A stretch of DNA of 64,000 nt from Eledone cirrhosa. Its lineage: Eukaryota. Positions 29,130-39,720 of the stretch are shown here, piece by piece; position 1 is the first letter of the stretch; every line of letters begins with the position of its first letter. The translations under genes and the position numbers were made by a program. Location: NCBI GenBank assembly GCA_964016885.1, contig OZ024741.1:31000001-31064000 (forward strand), written 5' to 3'. The notes under the pieces were generated by a model. That model searched no databases and had not been told where the DNA came from. It saw nothing but the letters and a program-made list of their open reading frames with translations.

Positions 29130-30412
29130 CGCGTGTGTGTGTGTGTGTTCGAATGGCTAATTGCAGTAAAAGTATAAGGCATAATAATCTGAATATAGAA
29201 GGTGACCTTGATTGACACAGTTTATGAGGTTCCAAACATCACATACTATTATTTCAACAAGAGATATTAATACATTTGTAACAGTTATTACTTTAAGGCA
29301 ATCTCCGACGCACACGAAATATAGACACGCACATACACACGCGTGCACACACACACATACACACACAAACAGATAGATGTATATAGTTATATATATATAT
29401 ATGTGTCTGTGTATGTACGTGTGTATGTATGTACATATATCTATATAAATATATTTATATATATACATGTGTGTATGTATGTTGCGTGTATTTGTGTGTT
29501 TATGTGGTGTGTGTTCGTGTATGTTATGTTACAAAGTGCAAACAACTTTAGTTTCTCGCATTCAAGATATGAATAGAATTGTAATAGAAGACAATTGTAT
29601 ACGAATTATTCAATAGATTGGAGCCGCGTTCCTCTAAGATACAATAAATATAACCGTAAATACATGACGCAGATATGTTAAATATAAAAACAAATCAAAA
29701 TATTCTAAGTAATAAATAAGAGAAATAATATTCTTAAGCTGCCTTCAGTTTGTTTTGATTTGTTCAAATAAGATTTCGATCCTCTTTCTTAATTATAATT
29801 TACAAACGTTCAGCTTTAGAAAATGTGTTTAAGATATGTGAAGTAAAATAATCCACGACATTGTGTGGAAATTAAAGAAAACTGACAGTTTGTTCAATTG
29901 ATAAGAGGAGTTATGCACATTTTTTTCAATAACTATCAACAATCTATTGTAGCCGTTGTTTTCTATATATTTGTTTATTTTTTAATCATTTTCTATTACT
30001 TTATTAGTTAATGTTTATCACTTTCTGCATTCTATGATTGTACACGCTTCTATTTAATTGTGTTATTTATTAATTTTTAGAAATTTCATATTTTTAGGAG
30101 TGTCTGAATCCTGAAGGATCTTCAAAGCTAGAATGCATCAACAGTAATGATTTCTTTATTGATACAGAAAATGCTTCCTAATTTAAGACCAAGGCCGGCA
30201 GTTATGTGGTTGGGAGGAAAGCCTATTATATTGACTCACGTCCTTGATTGGTACTTTATATCATCGACTTTGTGAGCAGGAAAAACCCAGTTGAACACAG
30301 CATGAAAATAGCCAAAAGAAATTCTCAAAGGGTATGTTGAAGCTTTAACTAGTCTGCAGATTAAATAACAGAGATAAGGAAAAGAACAGCAATAATCATT
30401 ATTGTTATTATT

Positions 30413-30612
30413 AGGGTGGCGAATTGGCAGAATCAGTAGAGCGTCGGACACCCTGTTTCGCGAAAGTGTATTACGTTTCTTTATGAGGTTAGCTTTGCCT
30501 TTCAGTGTGACGGGGTCGATAAATAAAGCACCAGCACCGCACTGCGGTCCATTTGATCGATTTTAATTTCTCCCCAATTTGCTGGCCTTGTGACTATATA
30601 AACCATTATTAT
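30413..30612 (+). mobile_element. SINE S1
   Basis: TGGCAGAATCAGTAG head, TTTGCCTTTCA..GGGGTCGAT body, GCTGGCCTTGTG tail. Confidence 0.75.
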
Positions 30613-30615
30613 TGT

Positions 30616-30800
30616 GATGAAAGGCAAAGTCAACCTCGGCGGGATTTGAACTCAGATCGTTACGTCCCTTTACGATCTGAGTTCAAATCCCGCCGAGGTT
30701 GACTTTGCCTTTCATCCTTACGGGGGTCGATAAAATAAAGTACCAGTAATGCACTGGTTAATTGCTGGCCTTGTGCCTAAAGTAGAAACAATTATTATTG
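30616..30800 (+). mobile_element. SINE S1 with 5' inversion forming a perfect 45-bp inverted repeat
   Basis: 30616-30660 is the exact reverse complement of 30672-30716. Confidence 0.85.
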
Positions 30801-30808
30801 TTATTATT

Positions 30809-30931
30809 AGGATCGTGGATTAACAGAATCGGTAAAGCGTCGGACACTCTGTTTCGTGGTAGAGAGTTACGGCCCTTTACGTCCAGGGTTCAAATTTCGC
30901 TGAGGTTACCTTTGCCTTTCATCCTTACGGA
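30809..30931 (+). mobile_element. SINE S1, 3'-truncated
   Basis: CAGAATCGGTAAAGCGTCGGAC..GGTTCAAATTTCGCTGAGGTT..TTTGCCTTTCATCC. Confidence 0.75.
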
Positions 30932-31132
30932 GTCACGAGGATATATCGTATTGATAAAGGGCAATATCCCCGAAACAATTGTCGATATTGTTCTCGCTGC
31001 TACTGCCGGAACAATAGGATAACGTTAGTCATCGAGAAAATACACATAGAATATTGAGGTTGTTTGCTTGCAAACGAACCGGATATTGAAAATATTATAA
31101 TATTATTACCATTCACTCACGAATACATTTTT

Positions 31133-31317
31133 TTGGCAGTATCGGTAGATCTTCAGACATCATCCTTTGCAGCATAGAGTTATGGCTCTTTACATTCTAA
31201 GCTCAAATCCGGCTGAGGTTAACTTTTCCCTTTGTCCTTACGGGGGTCGATAAAATAAAACACCAGTAATGCACTAGGGTAATTGCTGGCCTTGTGCCAA
31301 TAGTAGAAACAATTATT
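31133..31317 (+). mobile_element. SINE S1
   Basis: TTGGCAGTATCGGTAG..CTCAAATCCGGCTGAGGTTAAC..GGGGTCGATAAAATAAA..GCTGGCCTTGTGCC. Confidence 0.85.
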
Positions 31318-31462
31318 TGTATTTGCTGTTGATGTTTTCTAAAATTGACATCCATAATAGCTATATCGGTTTAGAGAAGATATATATTTTATGATGTTTA
31401 TGTTTTTAAGAATTTTCAGAACTATGGCTGTCTCGTAAATGATGTATTATATTAGCTTTTGT

Positions 31463-31519
<57 letters not shown>

Positions 31520-31547
31520 TATATATATATATATATAATATACACGT

Positions 31548-31598
<51 letters not shown>

Positions 31599-31611
31599 AT
31601 AATATACACGT

Positions 31612-31661
<50 letters not shown>

Positions 31662-32214
31662 TCCTTAAAAAATTCAGTTGTCTGATTAAATACTTGCATT
31701 ACCCAATATTTGACATGAGTGATCAATTTATTGAATAATTGATTGCTTTGGTATAGAGAAAAACATGATTTGAACATAATGGCTACTGTTGTTGTTTGTT
31801 AATTTAATATTTGTTATCTTTGAGCTTCTGAAAACTACGTCACAGGTTTTCTTTCTTGTTAGAAGAATTACCATTTTGTGAAATGAAAGTCATGTTTGAG
31901 AAAGACGTTTATTGTTAACTAAACTGTTCGGGTTTAATGAAAATATGTACAGTGGAAGGATTCTATGATAATGTTATATGTTAACATGAAGGATATCATG
32001 ATATCATGATATCAATGGAAGGATTCCATGACAATGTTATATGTTAACATTAAGAAGTTTGTTTAAATTTTATAAAATATTTCTAGAAGCAATTTATTCA
32101 ATGTCACTATATTCTGTGTGAGAGATCCTTAAAAATATTTAGAGATAATAATATAATTATTCTCAATATCTTGCGTATGTTTATATTGATAGGTAATAAA
32201 TCAATTTACAGAAA

Positions 32215-32355
32215 TGTTGCTGGAATGATAGACATGAGAGTTCACTGTTGCTGGGATGGTAGACATGATGGTTGAGTGTTACTGGGATGGTAGACATGGT
32301 TCACTGATACTGGGATGGCAGATATCGTGTTTCACTGTTGCTAGATGATAGACTT
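32215..32355. repeat. Short degenerate minisatellite, ~5 copies of ~30 bp (TGTTGCTGGGATGGTAGACATG..TTCAC)
   Basis: Recurrent CTGG(G/A)ATG(G/A)TAGACA motif. Confidence 0.7.
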
Positions 32356-32827
32356 AATGCTTAACTTTCAAACTTTTGATTTCAACAGCTGGTTATTTAT
32401 AATTCTTTAGCTTTTCAACCTATTTCTCTATTCATTTTTTAAAGTTGTGCCAATAAATAGTACAACAATGGTTACATGTTCCTCGATACAGCAAGAATAG
32501 TAACCTAAACGTGAAACACAAACCATATTTTGCATGTACACTTGGTAGGGTACTCATTGTAAAATAGGACAAGAAATCTGTTCGATGAAGACGCTTTCTG
32601 GAAACAGAATACAACTGCCTACTCGTTCAAAGTACCTTGCTTTGCCTGTTTATGGTTTTTTCCAGACAGTTGTTTTCATGTTTCAAATGTATCGTAGGAA
32701 ATAATGTCTATTTTAATTTATTTCTACATATTGAATCCAATGTTTGTCTCTTTAATCAAATGAATTTCCATTTTAGCCCTGGCTTTCTCGCACCATCATA
32801 CCCCGCATATAATTAATAATACTGATG

Positions 32828-33033
32828 ATTTCTGATTAAGGCACAAGGCCAGCAATTGTTTTTTGTTTGTGCGGGGGGGGGGGGGATAAAATAGAAACCA
32901 GTGCGTGACTGGTACTTTATTTTATCGACCCCGTAATGATGTAAGGCAAAGTTGACCTCATTGTGATTTGACCTCAGAGTCGTAACTTTATGTTAAGCAG
33001 CATGGAGTATAACGCTTTACCGATACTGCCAAT
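32828..33033 (-). mobile_element. SINE S1 (reverse orientation)
   Basis: GGCACAAGGCCAGC..CTGGTACTTTATTTTATCGACCCC..GGCAAAGTTGACCTC..CCGATACTGCCAA is the reverse complement of S1. Confidence 0.85.
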
Positions 33034-33598
33034 CCTGAAGATTTCTGGGTTAGGTAGAAGGCCATTTAATTGTGCTTGATGGGAATGCCGATTGTACCAA
33101 CCGCTGTTATTTACAGTTACTTTATTGTATGTAGTCTTTAGATGAAAGGCAAAGTTAACCTCAATAGGATTTCAAATCAGGTAATAATATTGTAATCACA
33201 TGATAATAAAAGATATAACGAGTTATCAATTTTAAATTCAATAGTTATATATTATGAATTATGATATCTGCATTTCTGATTTATGACTTACTACGTTTAG
33301 GGAGCGGTTGCAGTTAATCAAACGTATTATATTTTGCACATATAACTTAATAATGTACCTTCAATAAGGGCTATTTAGAGTAATGCTGATATGTTGCCTT
33401 TCAATAGCCGACATTAATGGCGATGAACTCTATCCATGTAGATATCATATAAATATATGCTTAATACCATACAAATACACCCAGACACGTTTACAGGAAA
33501 AAACATTATGACAAACATGTATAAATATATAATTGTATATTCACACGCGTACATACATACAAATGTAAATGTCTCCATTTCTCCCCTCCATCTCGCTT

Positions 33599-33631
<33 letters not shown>

Positions 33632-34249
33632 ATATGTATGTGTGTGTGCGCGTATGTATGTGTGTGTGTGTATGTGTATATGTGTGTGTACCCGTAGGTG
33701 TGAAAAGAAAAAAAGGAAAACAGTGTTCAATGGGGAAGAGATCAGAGATATATTAGTATTTATTAATATACATACACAAATGAAATTGCTACCCAAAGTT
33801 CCAAGACCCGATATAGATCACAATATTGATCAAAATTGTGACCTGTTTTTAGGCGTTTATACGAGTTTTTAAGATACTTTTAATTGTATCTTACAATGTC
33901 GTATAAGTGCCTGGAGATAGATCACCCTTTTGTTGTCTGTTGTATTCTGGAGGTGTGATCAATATTGGGCCTTGGAACCTTGTTACCACTTTTCTTTCAT
34001 ATTTGAATATTAATAAATACTAGACTATATAGATGACTGCCTGAAAAGGCCACATCCAATAGTAGCTGTCACCGAAATATATATAGCAGTAAATTGATAA
34101 TTTATAATAAAAGAAGCCAAATTTTACATATTTGACTTAATTATTTTATTTAACATTACTCCGGAGTAAACAAACCAACCTGCGTACTTGGTCGAGTGCT
34201 CCAATCTGCATACTGTGTTGTCGGTAAACAACTAAATATATATATATAA

Positions 34250-34320
<71 letters not shown>

Positions 34321-34326
<6 letters not shown>

Positions 34327-34838
34327 AAGGATTGTTTAATGTTTGTTTGTTCTGCTCATCAATTTTTATAGTTCTGGTATCTCGAATTAGTACCATAGAA
34401 CAACAATTATATTGTAGACACCCTATATATCTCAGTGTGTACTTAGTGCTCAATGAGATATTTACCTCATTTTTATATATTCTCCAATCTATGTAGAGAA
34501 AAAATTCGTTGTTGCTTACTGCTATTTTTTTAGCAGCCTAGCCATCAACAAGTCTATAATATTCCCGCTTGCTCTAGTGGCCAGGTCATGTACGGGTCAC
34601 TTTAACGGCTATAGCCCATACGTGCTGGTAGTTAGCATTATATTTGCTGACCGTGAGACAAATGTCCTATAGAATAGAAATAGCTATCTAAAGAAATCTA
34701 CTTTCCGTTGGAAATTCTCCGAATTTCCAATCTTTTGTGGATGGAAACCGCCGGTAATAGCATTATGAACAGGTAGATATTTAAATTATTTTTTAATTTA
34801 TTTAAAGGATTCTTTAATGTTTGTTTGTTCTGCTCATC

Positions 34839-34842
<4 letters not shown>
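34321..34842 (+). mobile_element. ORF-less ~478-nt unit with a 44-nt terminal direct repeat and an HHR motif (34683-34761); retrozyme-like or non-autonomous PLE
   Basis: TATTTAAAGGATT(G/C)TTTAATGTTTGTTTGTTCTGCTCATCAATT at 34321 and 34799. Flanked by (TA)n. GCUAU-CUAAAGA-long stem II-GAAA-CCGCCGG-UA-AUAGC. Confidence 0.65.
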
Positions 34843-34894
<52 letters not shown>

Positions 34895-34898
<4 letters not shown>

Positions 34899-35113
34899 AT
34901 AATAATAAATTTGAAAACTAAAATCCAAAGAGAGCTCGATAAGGATAAATATATATCAAATATATAAGAACCGTAGAGCAAATATTTATTAAAATAACAG
35001 ATTAAAGTTTAAGCAATGAATCGCTGTTGTCACCCTTAACGGGATCTCCTGAAGACCCCGTTAAGGGTGAAAGCAGCGATTCTTTGCTTAAACTTTAATC
35101 TGTTATTTTAATA
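34895..35113. mobile_element. Family H1 element with fold-back palindrome (34987-35113) centred on the HHR core
   Basis: Arms TATTAAAATAACAGATTAAAGTTTAAGCA...CCCTTAACGGG / CCCGTTAAGGG...TGCTTAAACTTTAATCTGTTATTTTAATA. CTGAAGA at 35049. Confidence 0.75.
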
Positions 35114-35114
35114 T

Positions 35115-35221
<107 letters not shown>

Positions 35222-35403
35222 GTATATATATGTATATATATGTATATTTATAGAATGTGTATATGTATGTATATATGTCCGTGTGTGGTTGACGGTTGAG
35301 AAAAAAGAGTACTCAATACCGAAGTAGAGTTTAAATATTCAATTGATAAATCTGTAATAAACAGACGAAACTCCAGCGTTGCATGACGCATTATATAGCC
35401 TTA

Positions 35404-35489
<86 letters not shown>

Positions 35490-35490
35490 T

Positions 35491-35678
35491 GAGAAAGCAT
35501 GACCCCGACGGCAGAGCTCAAGCCGTTTCGACTTCTATTTCTGGAATAGAAATAGCCGTCGAAACGGCTTGAGCTCTGCCGTCGGGGTCATACTTTCTCC
35601 TATTACCCACTCTACTCTAAGTATTGAGTACTCTGGTGCGTTATGGTCCATCTGGTTCCTTACCACAACTCGTCCGTT
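35491..35678 (+). mobile_element. Short element (family H2) with 5' fold-back palindrome (35491-35599); carries the 3' half of an HHR
   Basis: Copies at 41988-42127 and 62431-62625. GAAA-CGGC-TTGAGCTCT-GCCG-TC-GGGGTC. Inserted in (TA)n. Confidence 0.7.
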
Positions 35679-36818
35679 ATATATATATATACACGCAGGG
35701 TTAAAATTGTTAAAAACATTAATTGACCCGCGTGTAAATTATTTTACTTTCTTGTGTTTCGCGATGACCTCCCCTTTCCGCTTCATGACGCTGTGAGATT
35801 CCTCATTCTGAGACTGCTGGAATTTCAAATTTGGCGGTCATTCTGACGCGGAGAGAGACCATCGCTGACATGGGATTAAGCATCGGTAAGAGAGTTTTTT
35901 ATATCGATGTTAGACGGGCATCCACTGATGATTTATAAGTGCCCACCTGCATATATTCCTACGTAATGTGGGCAGGCTTCTACATAACCCGGACATATTC
36001 TCCCAACTTGTAGAAAACTTATAATGAAATAATTGTTTGGAAAGGGAGATATATTTTAATTATGTCTCATATAAAATAATGCAACTGGCTTTCCGCAAAA
36101 TACATATAGTTAGCACCCCAAACGTAAAATTGGGATTATACTAAGGTATATCCTAATGTTTGTTGAGTGAGTTGGTAGCCAGTCAGAGTATAGCTTAAAG
36201 CTTTCTCTGTTAATGTATTGTATATATATATATATATATAGATGTGTATGTGTGTGTTATATGGATTTAAGTAAGATCACATTTAAAACCATACCACTCC
36301 ATCATCGGTGTTTCATTAATGCTGTGGAGTGGTCATTATTCAATCAATATGATCAATACATTATATGAAACATGAATATCTGTCATGTTCCTACTATTTT
36401 ATATCTTAGCTGGTGTAATTTTCATTCACTTTTAACTCTAATACTTCATAACTTTTGTTTTACAAACAACACACGAAAGTATATTTCTTCCAAACAGATA
36501 TGTATATAATCAACGGTGGAAGCCAACATAGAATCACGTGTATGATTTTATATACATGTATAAATATATAATATCCCGGGACTGTGGGAAATATTTTTTA
36601 CACAAGAATGGAACAAACTACCAGAATCAGCTGTAGGGACACTGTATCATTCAAAACCTCCAACACTACATTTGATATTCTCCCTCCATGCACACACTCG
36701 CGTGTGTGTGTTTATATCATGACAAATGTACTGTTCAGTTTCCTCACATTTGTACATTATTCTAAATACTATATACTATATTCTATATACTCTATACTAT
36801 ATTCTATATACTATATAC

Positions 36819-37011
36819 AGGGTGGTGAATTGGCAGTATCGGTAGAGAGTCGCACGCCATGCATTACAGCATATTTACGTCCCTTTACGTTTTGAGTTCA
36901 AATCCCGCCAACCTTAACTTTGTACTTCATCCTTACGGGGTCGATAAAATAAAGTACCAGTAATGCACTGGGATAATTACTGGCCTTGTGCCAAAAGTAG
37001 AAACAATTATT
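36819..37011 (+). mobile_element. SINE S1, full length
   Basis: A-box TGGCAGTATCGG, B-box GAGTTCAAATCCC, full body and tail ending (ATT)n. Confidence 0.9.
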
Positions 37012-37569
37012 ATATAAAAAATACATATGAAAATGGAAGAATTCGATAGAAAAATCATGGTAACAAATGATTTTTCATTAATTTGGCAAAGAAGGATTTC
37101 AATCCCTCAAATCTAACATCTAAGGTAATGAGAGTTTACTTCTATGCCTTTTAATACTATGTATTCAGGAAAAACTGGAAACATAGAAAACGTAGTGCAA
37201 CCGTTAGGAATTCTGTTTACCACCCGTGTTGCTTCGAATTCGTAGCGTTGTTGGGCTTTTTCTTATTTCATTTTAACTGGTGCTACATTTTCAAAGAAAA
37301 TACGTTTGGGTATTTGACCTAAAAATACGATCGCGAGTACAAGCGGCCGAAATGTGGTTCCTTCGTAGGGTCTCGCAGTATCGTTACTAGATAGTATGGC
37401 TAGCTTGGAGATCAGGTAGAGTCGCTACTTCTCCGAATTGAGAGATCACAGCTCTGATATTACTGTCATGTCGATAGTCCTGGCTTCTATTTCTAATTCT
37501 TCATGTTATATATATATATATACACACACATATATATATATATAACCACAGACCCTCCATCTCAACTCA

Positions 37570-37607
37570 CCTTTTGAAAAGCAGAAGAACTGCGAAACCG
37601 GTAAAGG
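37570..37607 (+). ncRNA. Minimal type I hammerhead, U3-A8 core variant, in a solo pLTR end (37545-37746)
   Basis: CCUU-UUGAAAA-GCAG(AAGAA)CUGC-GAAA-CCGG-UA-AAGG; all three stems pair. Confidence 0.7.
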
Positions 37608-37739
37608 AACCAAATAAATATATATATTTTTTAAAAAAAATAAGACTTCAGTTGCATTTTCGATTTCATCCCTTTTTCTTTATACTTCCACTCGTGTAGG
37701 ACACCTCGGTTATTTTTCATTTTGTAAAAAAAACCTCAC

Positions 37740-37796
<57 letters not shown>

Positions 37797-37877
37797 TTTA
37801 CATATATATAAAGTCATAGATATATATGTGTTTTTGCAACGGGTCACGTTGTGGCTCAATGAAGAATTAATAAATTA

Positions 37878-37902
<25 letters not shown>

Positions 37903-37908
<6 letters not shown>

Positions 37909-38040
37909 ATGAAAAATTGAACAGGGACAGAACAGAGAGGCAGTACAATAAATGTTTATTAAATTCACGCTCAGGAGAGTGGGGGGTAGGTGGGGGACGA
38001 CGTTTCGGGCATAACCCCTTCTTCAGGTGAGAAGTGTGTG
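37903..38040 (-). mobile_element. Solo 3'-terminal fragment of the 42521-48750 PLE pLTR, including the HHR-like motif
   Basis: Near-identical to 42523-42657. Flanked by (TA)n on both sides. Confidence 0.9.
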
Positions 38041-38045
38041 ATATA

Positions 38046-38098
<53 letters not shown>

Positions 38099-38103
<5 letters not shown>

Positions 38104-38775
38104 CAAGGTTTAGCAAATAAGAAAAATTTGTTAAATACATTTTTAAATATTCACTCTACTCGCTGTAGTTACCCTTACCGTACGGTTTCAAGTCTCAAAA
38201 ATAAATGGATATTCCTTACGGGCCTTCATTGAAAAGAAAGACTCTCGCCAGAACCTTCTTTTCAGTCGGAGAATATAAACTTACCGAGTTCAAATTACGA
38301 ACTGGCGCTATTCAAAATTGTTCCCGGGATGAGAGTGAATGATATAGAAGCAATTCTGTCTAGTGCCGTGTGCAAAGATAGAAGGCAGAGGGGGAAAGGT
38401 CAATCCACTGCCATTAGAAATAGCAGCAGTCAAAACGACCAAATGTTATCTCGACCAGGGGAGATTAATAATAATAAAGTATATATCCCTACATCCAAAA
38501 TACATATAGGGACACATGTATTATCCAACCATATGCCATGGGGTTATATGGCAGGTTAATAAATTAACGAGCCAGAACATATATAATCAAGGTTTAGCAA
38601 ATAAGAAAAAATTTTAAAATAAATTTTAAAAAATTCACTGTACCTGCTGTAGTTACCCTTACCGTACGGTTTCAAGTCTCAAAAATAAATGGATAGTCCT
38701 TACGGACATCCATTGAAAAGAAAGACTCTCGTCAGAGGGTTCTTTTCACTCGGAGAATATAAAATTCCCGAGTTC

Positions 38776-38781
<6 letters not shown>
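38099..38781 (-). mobile_element. ORF-less partial tandem (1.4 copies of a 484-nt unit) with two HHRs; retrozyme-like
   Basis: 38101-38297 is repeated at 38585-38781 (offset 484). HHRs at 38171-38256 (mutated) and 38655-38740 (canonical). Flanked by (TA)n. Confidence 0.75.
38655..38740 (-). ncRNA. Canonical type I hammerhead ribozyme with extended stem II
   Basis: ACCCU-CUGACGA-GAGUCU..AAUGGAU-GUCC-GUAA-GGAC-U-AUCCAUU..AGACUU-GAAA-CCGUACGG-UA-AGGGU. Confidence 0.85.
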
Positions 38782-38824
<43 letters not shown>

Positions 38825-38826
<2 letters not shown>

Positions 38827-39715
38827 TAGCAGCGTATCCCGGTGTTGCACGAAAATATACCGACAGGAAACTTGTTTTATTTGGAGAAAATTAAGAAGTT
38901 GAAAGTACAGTTTAACTGTCTACATGCATTGTTCATAAAAATATTGTTGAGCCCCTTCTTTTCATACTCCTCTGTTTTGGCATATTGCAGCAAATGTGAA
39001 AGAGAAAGTCACAGGTTAAATTGGCAGAAGGTTCCAGTGTCATAGCAGTAAGGCGTAGGCTACTTACCTCAAAAGTCCATTTGCACTATTTCCACTAAGT
39101 TACTCTTTCTCTCTATCCCTCTCGGTGAAGTCCCTTGCGAATTTCTCGCGTAGGCCTGGTGTAGATTTGCACCCGATGCACATGCCCGCTTTGTACGGCT
39201 TTTGGAGGAAGGAGTGACCAGCAATACGTTGTTCGGTATTATTGCAGTATCGGTAAGGGTCGGACGCCATGCTTTGAAGCATAGAGTTACCTCCCTTTAT
39301 GATCTGAGTTCAAATCCCGCCGAGGTTAACATTGCCTTTCATCCTTACGGGGTCGATAAAATAAAGTACCAGTAATACACTGTGCCAAAAGTAGAAACAA
39401 TTATTTCGAAAAGGTGTAGCAGAGAATCCCGCGTGCGAAGATAATACGTCAGCACAGATGTGTGTCATAATGTCGTAATGCAGACATGCAAACATACAGA
39501 CAGATATTATAAGGGCGCTAGGGAGATCGATAACCAGCGCCTAACACCCATTTAACAACAGAAAATTGGAAAATAAACGCTGCAGTTAATATCTTTAGAC
39601 CGCAAGGAATATATGAATGCAAGTTTGAAGTCAATCGTAGTAGAAATGTGGATTTGTATAGACTTTGCAAAAATGAGGACACACACACAGAGAAAATGTT
39701 ACTTATATGTATATA
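38825..39715 (+). mobile_element. Possible non-autonomous Helitron/Helentron-type element interrupted by a SINE
   Basis: Starts ACTAGCAGCGTATCCCGGTGTTGCACG and ends AAGTTTGAAGTCAATCG..ACACACAGA..TTATATGTATA. These termini resemble invertebrate ACTAG...CCCGG elements from memory only. No coding region. Confidence 0.35.
39240..39404 (+). mobile_element. SINE S1
   Basis: GCAGTATCGGTAAGG..GAGTTCAAATCCCGCCGAGG..CCTTTCATCCTTACGGGGTCGATAAAATAAAGTACCAG. Confidence 0.9.
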
Positions 39716-39720
39716 TATAT

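Noticed and set aside
34020-34045. YIDDC RT motif (TATATAGATGACTGC)
   Set aside because: Isolated; flanking frames have stops and no other RT motifs that I could verify.
35925-35945. CTGATGA hammerhead or C/D-box motif
   Set aside because: No stem II plus GAAA partner and no D box arrangement nearby.
36819-36910. tRNA gene (A/B boxes)
   Set aside because: No cloverleaf, and it continues into a shared SINE body present in many copies.
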